Below are positions 19,278 through 33,622 of a DNA stretch of 64,000 nucleotides, in pieces. Below the pieces are notes generated by a model. It searched no databases, had not been told where the DNA came from, and was given only the letters and a program-made list of their open reading frames with translations. The first letter of the stretch is position 1. Every line of letters begins with the position of its first letter. The stretch comes from the human T2T-CHM13v2.0 reference genome, Homo sapiens. Location: NCBI RefSeq assembly GCF_009914755.1, contig NC_060927.1; one strand, 5' to 3'. The translations under genes were made by a program, and so were the position numbers.

Positions 19278-19619
19278 CTAGGCTACATCTGTAACACCAA
19301 AGTCCAATGTACTGGTACCAAACAGACTGGCACTTGTGGGATGCTGTGTAAGCAGCATGGACAGTATTCCCTTATCCCCAGTGCAGGCTACAGTTGCTTA
19401 AAAGAACTATGGAAAACCGGACATTTTGTTCCCTTCTAATTTATCTGTGTTCCTGTAGCCATGTCTCCACTTCTAAACGCTAATCACTTCTCTAGGTGAG
19501 CTTAAGTACCTAATTATTAAGAGCCCTCCAAATTTCTAGTGTCATCTTCAATATAGTTAGTGCCCTTTCTGTCCCATTTGCCCCCTGTGCTTGGCACTGA
19601 ATCAGTATAGCAAATATCC
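19278..19619 (-). pseudogene. Possible relic exon, 342 nt, phase-symmetric (ERALTILKMTLEIWRALNN*...RLEVETWLQEHR)
   Basis: attcttcattag|G ... TAG|gtatga; stop density close to random, so support is weak. Confidence 0.35.
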
Positions 19620-20263
19620 CTAATGAAGAATCATGGTACAGGGTTAAATTTACAAATTAAGCAATTCCTTTAGTTTTTATGTCAATTCCTTTTATCCTTG
19701 TATCCCCACCCTGCATTTGCTTAAAATTCATCCCACTGAGAAGCTAAAAAAACAATGCTACTATGACGATTTAAAGAGAAATACTGAACCCTAGGACTTT
19801 TTCCTGAGATTCTTGTTACCTGTAAACTCTTGAATATAGGATCAGATTACCTAGGCTTCCAGGGAATAGTAAGACCATACATTAGCAGATTTAATATTAA
19901 TCTCTAGAATCCCAGATTTACTTCTTGTCCAGGTTAAATGCCCTTTTGATTATTTTAGCAAAAAATAATACAAAAAATTGATTACAACCATTAATGGAGG
20001 CTTAAAATGTTAACTCCCATAGCTTTAACCCAGTATCTATGATTAAATGCAAAAAATCTAAGTTAATGCAATGTTAAGGTTGAGCTTCTAATTGCACAAA
20101 AGTCATGAAATTTAAAATTAAGGTTTCTAGTGCTACTCTCTGTCATTTCTACAACATTCCTCCAATGGTTTTCTACAATATATGTTTCATTTAAATGTGT
20201 GTGTTGTAGAGTTCCCAGGAAAGAACATAAAGCACAACAGATCAGGATTCAACTTGTGGATAC

Positions 20264-20416
20264 CTAGTTTTACATAATCAATATGGCTGGAAAAGTGTGA
20301 TTCTTTTTTAAACTACAATGCCCTATTTGAGTGATAACCATATTCCTGTTTACAAATTTGCCCATTTCCTCTAAAAATCCTTGAATCTTCACTTCTGATT
20401 ACACACTAGCCATCCC
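20264..20416 (-). pseudogene. Relic exon, 153 nt, phase-symmetric
   Basis: Strong acceptor gctctttccttctctag|G; donor TAG|gtatcc; 51 codons. Confidence 0.45.
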
Positions 20417-20594
20417 CTAGAGAAGGAAAGAGCATTTATGTAATAAACAAACCAAACAACCTGTGGACTGTGATAGTACCTACAGACCTTTTCTTCAACA
20501 TATGACAAAGCATATTCATGTGGGATTAATGTTGAAAGAGTAACTCAGAATATTTAGGTTTATGGGTGCATCTAGCAGAACAAGCAAAGGTGAA

Positions 20595-20750
20595 TAGGGA
20601 CTGGAATCCTGTTAATACTATTAATAGGACTAGCTGAGGAAACTGTCATCAAATTATTAAACCTCTCTGAATGTTATTATCAGAGTAAGAATACCTGCTT
20701 GTAGGATTATTAGGAAGAACGAGTGAAGTAATATATGTAACACATGCTCT
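20595..20750 (+). mobile_element. MIR fragment
   Basis: aaacctctctgaa...taagaatacctgcttgtaggattattagg...atatgtaa. Confidence 0.55.
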
Positions 20751-21527
20751 TTAAAACTCTCTTGGAGTTTATAGTAATAGATCAACTATTACTATTAAAG
20801 AATGAGTAATCATAATTTAATGATCATCTGGATGTCTACAGGTATTTTGGAAATATGAAACAATGATAATTTAAAATTCATTTTATTGAAAGATACCTAG
20901 AATTATTTTTTTCACAATAGTTTCATTAAGTTAGGTATTTGTTTATAGCCTACTATGGAATGCCCAGATAACATTTAATACATGATGCACTGAGCTGCAT
21001 CAGCTAACTCTGAAGGCAGGTGAGTTAAATGAATTCTTGGATATTGGGCTGCCATGCCCAATATTTTCTTCAAATTTTATGAAACATTTGTGTCTAAATA
21101 GAAAATGTGCTTGAGAAATTCTAGCCCAACATGCAATTTAGAGAGAAAGTTATAAATCATAAATATAAGAGCTTAGAGCTAAAGTGCCACCTCAACCATA
21201 ACTATAATAAAAACTCCTAAGTGCATTCTGGCAGGAATAAATAAAAAATGGCAAAGCCTGTTGTGGACGGTGCAGAGCCCAGGAAGGTAACCAAGTGAGT
21301 AAACAGCTAAGGCAGGATTATCCTCATTTGGGAGGACTCCATTCCAGACAGGAATTAAAGAGGAGGGGCTGGGGAAGGGAGAATGGAGGTTGTGGGAGAA
21401 AGTGTTTTTGCATTTGAAAGCAGCTAAGTTACCTTGTGTAATGAAAAGGAAATTTGTTTTTTTCCTTTCAACAGTAATCTCATTTGAGGTCTAGCAGACT
21501 GCTACACAAAAGATACATGTGTTCTAC

Positions 21528-22398
21528 CTACTTGGTTTTTCTCCTCTGGCAGTGAGGTACACAGGAAGGGTTCAGGTGAATCAGAACCATTCAGAATAAC
21601 ATAGTCAAATTCCTTTCCAAAGGTTTAAATACCTATTCTTTAATAGCTTTCTTCAAAAGACTGGTAACTTACTGCACTGTTCCTGGCACATTCACAACCA
21701 AAATTTGTTCCTGGGAGTACTATAATACGATGCAACAAATGGGTTTAAACGAAAGCTGGAAAGATCTATACTGAAACTATGAATCACAATTACTGAAAGC
21801 AAAAAAATCTCATACACATATAATATCCAGAAAAACATACAACTGTCCCTTGGTATCCTCGAGGGACTGATTCCAGGACCCCACTGCAGATACTAAGACT
21901 TGCAGATGCTCAAGTCCCTCATATGAAGTGGCACAGTATTTACATATAACTTATGCACATCCTTCCCTTATACTTCTCACCATCTTTAGGTTACCTATAA
22001 TATCTAATACAATAAACACTAGGTAAGTGGTTGTTATAGGGTATTTTTAATTTGTCTTTTTTTTGGTATATTGTTATTTTTTATTGTTTTTTTTCCAAAT
22101 ATTTTTGATGTGTGGTTGATTAAATCTACAAATGTAGAACCCATAAATACTGAGGGCTAACTGTATAACCAATAATTTCTGAGTCCTTTTGTCTCTCCCT
22201 ATGTTAAAGCAATGGTGTAGATGAGATTTCTCTGAATAGAGGGGAGCAGCTGGACCAATAAGCTGCATTATCACTTAGAGTTATCAGGACTATATCAACT
22301 GATTCAAGCCTTAGCCCCCATCTCCGACTTGCTGTGATATGCACCAAGTTGCCTTTCTTCTTGGTACTTTCCTTTCTTAACAACAACTAGTAAATTGA
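21528..22398 (-). pseudogene. Relic exon interrupted by MER2 (NLLVVVKKGKYQEERQLG...LRNYWL|YVFLDIICV*DFFAFSNCD...GKEFDYVILNGSDSPEPFLCTSLPEEKNQ)
   Basis: gggttttatag|TC acceptor; donor gtagaa or gtaggt; frame preserved after removing MER2 and one TA. Confidence 0.55.
21840..22163 (+). mobile_element. MER2 (Tigger/pogo-family non-autonomous element) with TA target duplication
   Basis: TA|caactgtcccttggtatcc...ttccaggacccc...gatgctcaagtccct...tactgagggctaactg|TA. Confidence 0.9.
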
Positions 22399-23220
22399 CT
22401 ATAAAACCCTTGGCTAATATAAACTCTATTAGAAAACTGGCTGTTTCCAGCATGAGCCAAGGACTCTAGCTTTCCATACTCAAAGATTTATATTTCTCAA
22501 GTTTCTTAACAACATTGGCATATATTTATTACAATACAGTTTATACTTTTAAAATCAAGCAAACAGTTAAGATTTTAATGGTCATAAAAATGAAGAACGC
22601 ATTGGCTATTTTCTGAGTAGTGAAAAAGTTCTCTTTTATAATAGCTTAACTCAAGAACTTTTGAAGTCTTTTTCTTCAAAGATTTTTCATACAAAAATTA
22701 CCTTTGAGAGTAAGCATGAAAAAATCTCAGGAAGTAGGTAAGTATTGTTAATTTAAATGCCTCCCTTTTCACTCCAGGAAACATAAAACCAAATGACAAA
22801 GTACAGATGATTTATTCCACAACTATTCATTGAGCACCTACTATTCTCTGGCACTGTGGTAGGCAGTGAACAACTCTGCTTTAACAGTGAGAACAACATT
22901 CTTATCTCCTGTGACCCTTAAGGAAAGACTAGCTGTAGTTAGACTTACTGGATTTGGTCATAAAGATAAATTAAATATAAAGCAGTGACCATTTAAGTTT
23001 AATTATGTTAAAGAAATTTTGAAACAATAGCTTATTTAAATCATTTAAGTATTTGTTTACAAATTTTTACCTTCTTTCTAAAATGCCAAGAATTGCCAAC
23101 CATGAAATTATGAAAACAAATCAATAAAAATACAATGATTTGAAGAACAAATCTATTTAAGATAAAAAGGCACATAACCTAACACCAATAAAATTACCTG
23201 TAGCACTCTTAAAAACTAGA

Positions 23221-23225
23221 TTTCT

Positions 23226-23281
<56 letters not shown>

Positions 23282-23597
23282 TTTCTTTCACTTTCTTTCT
23301 TTCTTTTTTTTTTTTTGACAGGGTCTCACTCTGTTGCCCAGGCTGGAGTGCAGTGGCATCATCTTGGGTCACTGCAGCCTCTGCCTCCTGGGCCCAAGTG
23401 ATCCTTCTACATCAGCCTGTCGAGTAGCTGGAACTACAGGCACATGCCATCACTCCTGCCTAATTTTTGTATTTTTTTGTAGAGATGGGGTTTTGCCATG
23501 TTGGCCAGGGTGGTCTCAAACTCCTGAGCTCAAGCAATCCACATGCCTTGGCCTCCCAAAGTGCTGGAATTACAGGTGTGCACCACAACAAATGGCC
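23221..23597 (-). mobile_element. AluJ with (TTTC)n-expanded tail
   Basis: Alu dimer; TSD aaaactagRttt; (TTTC)n at about 23221-23305. Confidence 0.95.
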
Positions 23598-24209
23598 CCA
23601 AAACTAGGTTTTCAAATATGTGAGAGTATCTCTCAGCTATGTCAAAAATCCTATGAGTCATTCATTCAGTGTTTATTTAATACCAAAACATGGAAGATAG
23701 TATGTCTAGGAACTAATTTTACTCCAACAATAAATCTAGAAGAATGAGTACCTATTTCATGTGGTTATCATGAAGAAACTCTGTCAGAAAACTAAAATGA
23801 AATGGCTCATGAAGTTGACATATGTATGAAAATATAAGAATTCTGCTCACACCTCTTCTTTCTTCCTGGGGGCATTATCCATGAGCATCATCTCTGTATA
23901 TGAAGGACGGAAAACCCGCTTTGGATATGTATGCTTCTGGGTAGTCTAGTCAAAAAGGAATATGAACTCTTTTATCTCTGAATGCTTCCAAATACCAGAG
24001 AAGAATGATTTATGGAGTTCTGTATATGACTAAAAGAGCTGCTAGTACTTTTAGAGTATTCATTCTTTCTTTATTCCTTCTTCAGGGTGATCTGGAAATT
24101 GCCCTTCCCAGGACTTTCTGTCTCTCATATAAACTACCATTTGTATACCACTTTTTAGGTTGCAAAATGCTTTCACATGTATTGTGCAATTTAGTTAAAA
24201 GGCATCAGG

Positions 24210-24405
24210 GTGCGAGGATCAAGAACACTGGCTTTGGTACCAGAGACATCAGTGTTTACCAAAGCTACTTACTAGTGGTACACCATTGTGTGAGCCACTT
24301 GATCACTTTAAGCAACAATTTTCTCATTTGTAAATTAGGGATAACAATATCCACCTTGCAATATAAGGTAGAGATTAGCAATAGGGCAGTTAAAATGTTA
24401 TTATG
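24210..24405 (+). mobile_element. MIR
   Basis: aagaacactggctttgg...ttttctcatttgtaaattagggataacaat. Confidence 0.7.
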
Positions 24406-24491
24406 ATTAATAACCCATAGTAGGGACACCAAGGACTTCTCAATAGTCTGTTTCTCTTCATCAGGCTGGAGGAGGGGGTCTTCACAGTTAC

Positions 24492-24771
24492 TTATGAGTA
24501 CATATTACAAGCTTCTAGTTAAAGTAATGGCCTCTTCAAATCTTAGATCTGAACCATCTTCATAAAACAGTTCTTTAATTCATGGCCAAAAACATCGTTT
24601 CCATATACTCTCAGAGACAGAGTCCTTTTGGAGCAAGATATAAAGTTTAATTCTAAGTCTTTTTTTAACCCCGAAACTATTTTCCCTGAAGCAATCCATG
24701 TGCTGCCATCAGATTTTATTAGGTGGGCTAAAATAGAGTCAGAAGGAGATTTCTTTACATAATAGCTGTCC
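24492..24771 (-). pseudogene. Relic exon (DSYYVKKSPSDSILAHLIKSDGSTWIASGKIVSGLKKDLELNFISCSKRTLSLRVYGNDVFGHE / KELFYEDGSDLRFEEAITL)
   Basis: tctcaagtttctgtag|G ... A|gtaact; more than 70 open codons (ORF 24543-24833), then one inferred frameshift. Confidence 0.65.
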
Positions 24772-24932
24772 CTACAGAAACTTGAGACAGTCAGCTTAAA
24801 AATTATTTTTAATGAAGAATTTTTGAGATCCATAAGTACAGGAAAAATTTTGATGGTCTTTCTCCCTTACTGATTCATTGATAATTCTCAAACATTGGGC
24901 TGGCACAACTAGAGTAAATCGGTACATCTTAC

Positions 24933-25414
24933 ACAGTGGAAAGCGGTGGGTGTAGATGTTTTTGGAGCCAGTCAGTCTCTGGCAGCGGATAGAGTCACAC
25001 TTGTGCTTTGTTGCCCATTTACATCTTCAGAAAGCAGCCTGGGTGGGCATGCTTATCAAATGTGCTCATTTAAGGATAAACCCATTTGAATATTATAACA
25101 ACATTTGGCAAACTTCCTCTACCGAATGGTGGACCTGGCCCACTACCTCTGAAAACTATTGCCTGGCCAGGCAACATAGGTCCTTTGACTTTCTTTACAT
25201 GGTAGAACACATCTGAGACCTTCCAATCAAACACCCAGGAGGAGTCCTGAGTGCTTTACCTGTTCCTCAAGCATTCTGAAGGTTCTAGTCTGGACTAGTG
25301 GGTTATGGATATATGGATATGCAGTGAGTCCTTCCTTTTGCAACATACACCTTTTTTTTTTTTTTTTAATCCAGACTGGAGAATTCAAATGCCTTGTTAA
25401 TATCTAGTGGTCAC
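24933..25414 (-). pseudogene. Relic exon (*PLDINKAFEFSSLD...SSWVFDWKVSDVFYHVKKVKGPMLPGQAIVFRG...LPETDWLQKHLHPPLST)
   Basis: cttcttcatgccaaag|G ... GT|gtaaga; phase 2 at both ends fits its neighbours; internal A16 run shifts the frame. Confidence 0.55.
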
Positions 25415-25429
25415 CTTTGGCATGAAGAA

Positions 25430-26440
25430 GTCAGCAAACATTTACTGAAAAAGTTGCACGTGGAGAATTCTGTATCATAATTAAGGAGATGCCCTCCACT
25501 CCCTGAAGATGTTTATAATTCTTGCTGGGAATGAGGGAAAAACAAAACCTATACAGGCAAAACTGCACAGCACTTATAGACCAACACAAAAGTGTGTACA
25601 CACAGTGTACAAAGACTTAAGCAGAGCAAATAGGGTTAAAAAAAGAATTTGGAAGAAAGTAATGGATATACATTTTCCAAGGTGAGAGAGAAGAATACCA
25701 TAGAGTGGAGAAAGCATAAACAAAGGCATGGAAATGGGAACTGGAAAGCCCACCAACTTGGCTAACATAGAGAAAGCAGAGCAGTAAAGAGTAGGGGGTA
25801 ACTACAGGGGCATGGGGATGCATGAGGAACCAGTTTGTAAAGATTACCAATGCTAAGCCAAAGCTCTTGTTCATTCCATTCCAGGGAAACAGAAGTTGAT
25901 GGAGACCTTGGAGTTGGGAAAGAAAAGGAGGCCAAGAAGGATAACTGGTAGTAGAGTGGCCTTACAGCTAGATGAGGAATTCGGATTCTAGTCTTCAGGT
26001 AGAAAAGCAGCAGTATAAAATCCAAGGCCAAGAAATGAGACATAGAAAATTATGTGTGGGAGCAGGTATCCTAGATGCTTAAAAAAATTGTTTTGTGAAG
26101 ATAGTTTGAAGGAAGGGTGGCCTATTCAAGCGGTTCAGAAAGGAGATAAGGGGCCACTTGGTCTAGTGTCAGCCCTTGAAAATAAATAAAAGAAAGAGGC
26201 TGAATGAAGAGATATTACTGGGTGAGAACTGGCAGAATTTAGTGACTGACTGAATGGTAATGAAGGGCAAAAGAAGAAAAGATTTAAAAATGATCGTAGT
26301 GCTGGGGCCTCAGGAAAGGGTCCTATGGACAGTAATTGAAAAAGAAAACTGGTGGCTAGAGCAGAAGATGCTCTGGTCAGTGGTAGAGCATCCCAATGAT
26401 TAAGGGGTGTATGCATGTGAATGCATGTGTGTTACTATAG
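25430..26440 (-). mobile_element. Degenerate L2 fragments
   Basis: cagcaaacatttactga terminus, then purine-rich L2-like sequence. Confidence 0.5.
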
Positions 26441-27039
26441 GCACACAGATTTAGGAGTAATACCTCCTTTGCCCTAATGTTACATAACAGCTTACAATTT
26501 TCTTTCAATTGAAATCTTTATTTCAAGTATTTATTAAGTGCATACTAGGTGTAAAGTTTACAATAAGACTTGTGCAAGGTTTACAATAAGAAAACATAAA
26601 AAAGTTCTATTACTGAACAGAAACTAGTTTAAACTTTACTGCAACATTTTTTAAAGAGTGTATTTTCATTTTTATATTAATTTTCTATTATTTGTAATTC
26701 TTAGGCCACTGACATAACAGTGCTTTCATTAGTGCTAGATATGCCACCTTGACACAATTTAAAAATCAATAATTTTTCTTAGTGTACTTGGATATCTTCC
26801 TTTTCCTAAATAGTGGTTATGCATTTGGATGAAGCCAGTGAATAAGATGGCTTTTGGTTTAAATTTGCACCCAGATCAGTCCTGATAGAAGGCCATGTGT
26901 TTCTCTGTAAGAGACACATGTGCATGTGCATATTCTCTGCCTCACTCAGATTAGCCTTATGGCCATGGTATCAGAACTGCAAATAGTTATATTGTGGATT
27001 CTTTCTTGTTTGTGGGTGACAGGAGAAAGGAAAACTCAC

Positions 27040-27235
27040 ACTTTTTTTGAACAAAGCACCATGTAGATATCCAACTGAAGTGGGCTCTGTTCATCCTCAA
27101 TTCAGGTGTGATGAAAACCTACAGGGAGTTGACCTTCAGTACTGACCTTTTACATTATCTCATTTCTCTCATGCAACTTCTGTCTAAGGATGGGAAGAGA
27201 CCTAAGAGATCTATTAGTCTCAGAATTACATTCAT
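27040..27235 (-). pseudogene. Relic exon, 196 nt, phase 1 to 2 ([33 protein letters not shown]...LDIYMVLCSKK)
   Basis: ccttttggcacacctgtag|AT ... GT|gtgagt; 2 stops in 65 codons; phase fits the next exon. Confidence 0.6.
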
Positions 27236-27290
27236 CTACAGGTGTGCCAAAAGGATATCAAGTTTTAAAAACACAACTGCACTATTTCTT

Positions 27291-27611
27291 TTGTTTTTCT
27301 TTTTATTTTCTTTTTTTTTTTTTCTTTTTGAGACAGAGTCTCACTGTGTTGCTCAGGCTGGAATGCAGTCGCATGATCTCAGCTCACTGCAACCTCTGCC
27401 TCTTGGGTTCAAGTGATTCTTCTGCCTCAGCCTCCCAAGTAGCTGTGATTACAGGTGTGCATCACCATGCCCAGGTAATTTTTGTATTTTTAGTAGAGAC
27501 GGGGTTTCGCCATATTGGCCAGGCTGGTCTCAAATGCCTGGCCTCAAGTGATCCACCTGCCTCAGCCTCCTAAAGTGCTGGGATTACATGCGTGAGCCAC
27601 CACACTTGGCC
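27291..27611 (-). mobile_element. AluS
   Basis: Alu dimer; degenerate TSD actgSactRtttctt. Confidence 0.95.
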
Positions 27612-28008
27612 TATGACTGGACTGTTTCTTAACATTAATATAAAGCAAAGGTTGCATAAACAATGGATGTAGGAAGCTCATTCCTTCATAATTATTAAGA
27701 ACTGAAAAGGTACATTGAAGAAAACTAGCCATGAATAAGAAAATAACTTCTTCACAGTGGTTAAAGAGAAAAGGTACTGAAAAAAGTAAACAAACATATG
27801 AAAGCCTCTTAATATACTAAGGTATTACTATATATATTTCTGACCTTTGGCTACTGAGAAAATGTGAAAGATGACAATTCTATAGCTATTCTATATAACG
27901 GCAGATGCTCCTCTTATTCCAGGAAACAAAATCCTTTTATGACATTTCACTAAATATCTAATCAAAGAGTATTTTATGTGCTCATTTCAGATAGTCTCAT
28001 TCACTTGC

Positions 28009-29327
<1,319 letters not shown>

Positions 29328-29413
29328 CTTGAAGATGGCAAGTTAATAAGTGCATTGTTTTAACTCTGTAAATAATGCTTTTTGGGGGGTTGTCTTTAAA
29401 GATTCTCATTTAC

Positions 29414-29497
29414 TTTTTATAAAGAAAGTTATAATTTCTTATTTTCTGGTTCCATTCTTGATCTCTTTATTTTCCTTCAGTTTGTGGATTTGCTCTA
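29414..29497 (-). pseudogene. Relic exon, 84 nt, phase 1 to 1 (EQIHKLKENKEIKNGTRK*EIITFFIK)
   Basis: tttttaaaag|TA ... A|gtaaat; length is a multiple of 3; phase fits the next exon. Confidence 0.4.
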
Positions 29498-29525
29498 CTT
29501 TTAAAAACTCATAACTTATGAGTAA

Positions 29526-29847
<322 letters not shown>

Positions 29848-29907
29848 TAAATTTTTTTAAAGAGGATACTGAGCATCTGAAACAAGGGGGGTTTGTAGAC
29901 TCACAAG

Positions 29908-29974
29908 GATTAAAAATTATTTCGATTGTCTTTAAATCGATTGTTTTTTAATCGATTAAAAATATATTCGATTG
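29908..29974. repeat. About 15-bp period tandem repeat with four TCGATT cores
   Basis: TCGATT at 29922, 29937, 29952, 29968. Confidence 0.75.
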
Positions 29975-30716
29975 AATATAGTGATGCATTTATCAGTCTA
30001 TCATTCTGTAAATAGTATGGAAAATTCTGGAAAAAAATTCCTGTTCACAATAAAAGAGATTCAATTTGCGTAACGATATTTACTGTGTGCCTACTGTGTC
30101 CTGTCCTAAGACACAGTATTAAAGTTCTTTCACTTAAAGAGTTCATACCTAGCAGAGGGATTAGACAAATTTATAGACAATTATGCAAATTAAGTAATAA
30201 GCTTTACAAAAGAAGTGCACAAAAATTTATTGTGGGCGGGTGGTATATACAAGTCAATGACTTTCGTTGCATGGGAGAGCTAAAGAGAAGTAAGCAATAA
30301 GGGCCTCAGAAAGTTAGAGGCATTTGGGATGAGCCTTTGAGGATAGGTAATATTTGATATATGGAAATGAAGATAGAGATATACATAAGCAACAAAGTGA
30401 AGAATGATAGATTGGAAGTGGGCTATTCAGGAAAAAATGCTTTTCTTTGGAAACCATGGATAATATTTCAGCTTCTATTCTTATAAATTAGTCTCAGCAA
30501 AGTTGCCACTTATCATATGTTCAATATGAAGTATTTTCCTTGCCTATAAGAAACACTACAAGGATGTGAGTAGAGGTGAAACATAGAGTAGACGTGTCCC
30601 AATTGTACCCCAGATGTGTTTGTAAACTTCTAGGTATGGTTTCCAAAGAAATAAAGCTCACAGAACTTTTATTAAGAACACTTTTATTTCTATAAATAAA
30701 TGGAAACTCATCTTCA

Positions 30717-31024
<308 letters not shown>

Positions 31025-31808
31025 TTGGAAATTCTAGATATCCAGGTATTTATTCACTACCACATAGCTTAACTGTATTTCCTTATTATTTTGTCTCTAG
31101 CTGAAGTTCTCTGGAATGGTCATGAAGAGAGAAAACATCAAAGATTAGGAAATCTATCCCAAAAAGATCACAAAATCAAGGACAGTGACACCTTTTTGAG
31201 CTTTTTACTTGACTCTTCCTGTTTTTTTTTTTTTCCACTTCCCTTAGTCATTCACTAATCAGTTCTGCTTTAGAACCATTAAAATAATAGAAAAGTTACA
31301 GAAACTTGGTAAAATGTTTCTCTGGCCTATTTCCAAACCGCCCAAAATTAATGGGAAATGGTTAAAGTCAAAAAAGCTTTTTCTCTGACATGGATTTCTA
31401 AACAATATAATTATGGTTCACTCCATGGTTATGAGCTTTGGGAGCTCCCACAAAAAAGTCTTTGCTGCAGATGTGGCCACTGGCTGCTATACCAGGCAAT
31501 TTGATTCATGTTTGTTGTTGTTAAAAAAATATATAAAACTCTCTTATGTTGGATTAAGAGGCTTTTAAGAGGAAGCTAGACAGAAAGGCCAGGTCTCTCT
31601 CTATTTGCTCATTCATGACAAAGGTGGAAGCTTCAAATTTGTGATACATGTGAAGAAGGTGTCTGTTACTTCGTGTTACATTTTTGCCTTCAGAATTATT
31701 GTTTTCAATCATTCTATTTTATATAAATGCACAAAAAATAAGTCCAAGCTAAACTAGTGATGCTGGGTCACTCCAAGAAGTGTCCTCAATATAGCTTCAC
31801 AAATTTAC

Positions 31809-31984
31809 CCTTTTCTCTCCAAATCCACGTTTATTTCTTGAGACAGTTATATGATGTTTTGCCAAGAAAGCAACTGGGAGCAATGCCTTATGTTTAACTG
31901 GGCTTTTAGATTTGAGAAGCAATCCAATCCAAGACTTCATGATAAGACTTCCACAGCAATTGGATATTAGTGACATATAAGGAC
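31809..31984 (-). pseudogene. Relic exon (SLYVTNIQLLWKSYHEVLDWIASQI*)
   Basis: gttcttaag|GT ... AGG|gtaaat; phase-2 start fits the 32854 donor. Confidence 0.4.
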
Positions 31985-32853
31985 CTTAAGAACTCCACCA
32001 TTTTATACTCTATATAAATGTATGATGTGGTACACAAAGTATTAATCAATACTTCATGAGCATAGTAGCTCTGTTTATACCAATTTCTAGCAATGTACAT
32101 TAGGCAATTTTGTAGAAAAAATATAATAATTGAAAGTATAATTTAACTTCCACTCCATGAACACTTAGCCTCTTCATACCATCCTCTTCCAAGCATTTCT
32201 TTGGTCCTTGGAAAATCAGTGAAAAATCTGAAAAATTGGGATTTTGTGTTTGATTATATGTACATTTACTACAAGTATACTGGGCTTTCCTTTTCTGATG
32301 CTATAGAGATGAACTATAGCTTTCCTAACTCAGTCTTATTATTAGCCAGGTCCAGTTTATATTAGTTAAAATGAACATCATAAATTTACAGTATAACTTA
32401 TCTGGTACATTCCTTCTATTGTAGTTTGAAAATGTGCCATTCAGGACTGAAATGACTTAAACATAATCAGATTTTATTTCTAGAGAAGTAAAGTCTATAC
32501 TTCTATAATTCTGTGAACCCATCAGCAATTAACTTTGTCCCAGTAGAATTAATATAGTGTTCAAGTTCAGGATTGAGTAGATGAGAAGAGGAAGGAACAA
32601 TAAAACTCATTCACTCCCATGCTAGGTTCTGCAAAATAGCTTCCATATTCCCATAATGTGATATTTATCTTCCTTATAATAGCACATTTAAAGTCAGTAA
32701 CCCTAAAAATCTCCTACATAAAGGTTTGCATCTTTCCCCTTAAAAATGTACAGATGAGCTTGTGATAAAGAGATGATGTCTCCTGCCAAATTGTAATATC
32801 ATATAGACCAGTTCCAGGCAAAGTATTGAAGAAGCAGTCAAAACTTCATATAC

Positions 32854-33335
32854 CTATCTATCCTTGTCAGCCTCACGTATTCATGGATGGGGTCACAGCT
32901 TATCCCTTTATTCTTTTTGGTTAGAAAGTCTTTCCAGATGAGGTCATCATTTTCATTACTCTGTTTCTTCCTCTCTCACTAGAGTGTCTTTCTAAAGGAA
33001 ACCAAGGACCACTTCAGTGAAATATTGAAGGCAGGGGAGGCCCTAAATGATTAAAAGAAACAAAGCTTTCCCATAGCACGTGTCCTTTTCTTTGTAAGGA
33101 GATGAGGTAATATATAATCTTCCCACGTTACTACCACAAGGGCATTTTGTGGCAGGGAGAGATGGATTTCTGGGAGTGAAATCCAACTGCAAAGCAAGGG
33201 CTATTTTCAGAAGGGCTTATCTTCAATATCCTCATTTCAGAATTGGTCTCTTTGCTCAGAGCAATACCTTGGGCAACACTGAGAACTCCCATCTCTAAGG
33301 TAAGAATAAAAGTTATTTCCTCATTGATGGAATAT
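32854..33335 (-). pseudogene. Relic exon (YSINEEITFILTLEMGVLSVAQGIAL...NALVVVTWEDYILPHLL...NDDLIWKDFLTKK...)
   Basis: Strong acceptor ttttttgtcttcctttttcttcatcag|A; donor AG|gtatat; the first 66 or so codons are open (ORF 33131-33379). Confidence 0.65.
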
Positions 33336-33622
33336 CTGATGAAGAAAAAGGAAGACAAAAAACAATAAATTATTCTCATAAAAGGTGATGCATATGAATA
33401 AATGTCAAATCCTTCTAGTATTTCTCATGTGGCTTGTACACAAGACTTCTATTTGATCTTTGGCTCTGCAGTTTCTACCACTAGATGACCCACATGTGTA
33501 ATCTGGATAGGCAGCTAGTTTGCTTACATATAAATTAAATAGCCTCAAGTGTCAGCAGATCTCTGTATCTTTTTAATATCCCCCAAACTGCTTCAAGTAG
33601 GAACAGCTACAAAGAACCTTAC

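Noticed and set aside
23334-23747. ORFs of 60-140 aa over Alus (also 3703, 27190, 28752, 29560, 41009, 55102)
   Set aside because: Typical antisense-Alu translations.
24570-24620. B9-domain resemblance (LRVYGNDVFGHE vs B9D1 LSVYGPDVFGND)
   Set aside because: Similarity is limited to about 12 residues; flanks lack the other B9 motifs.
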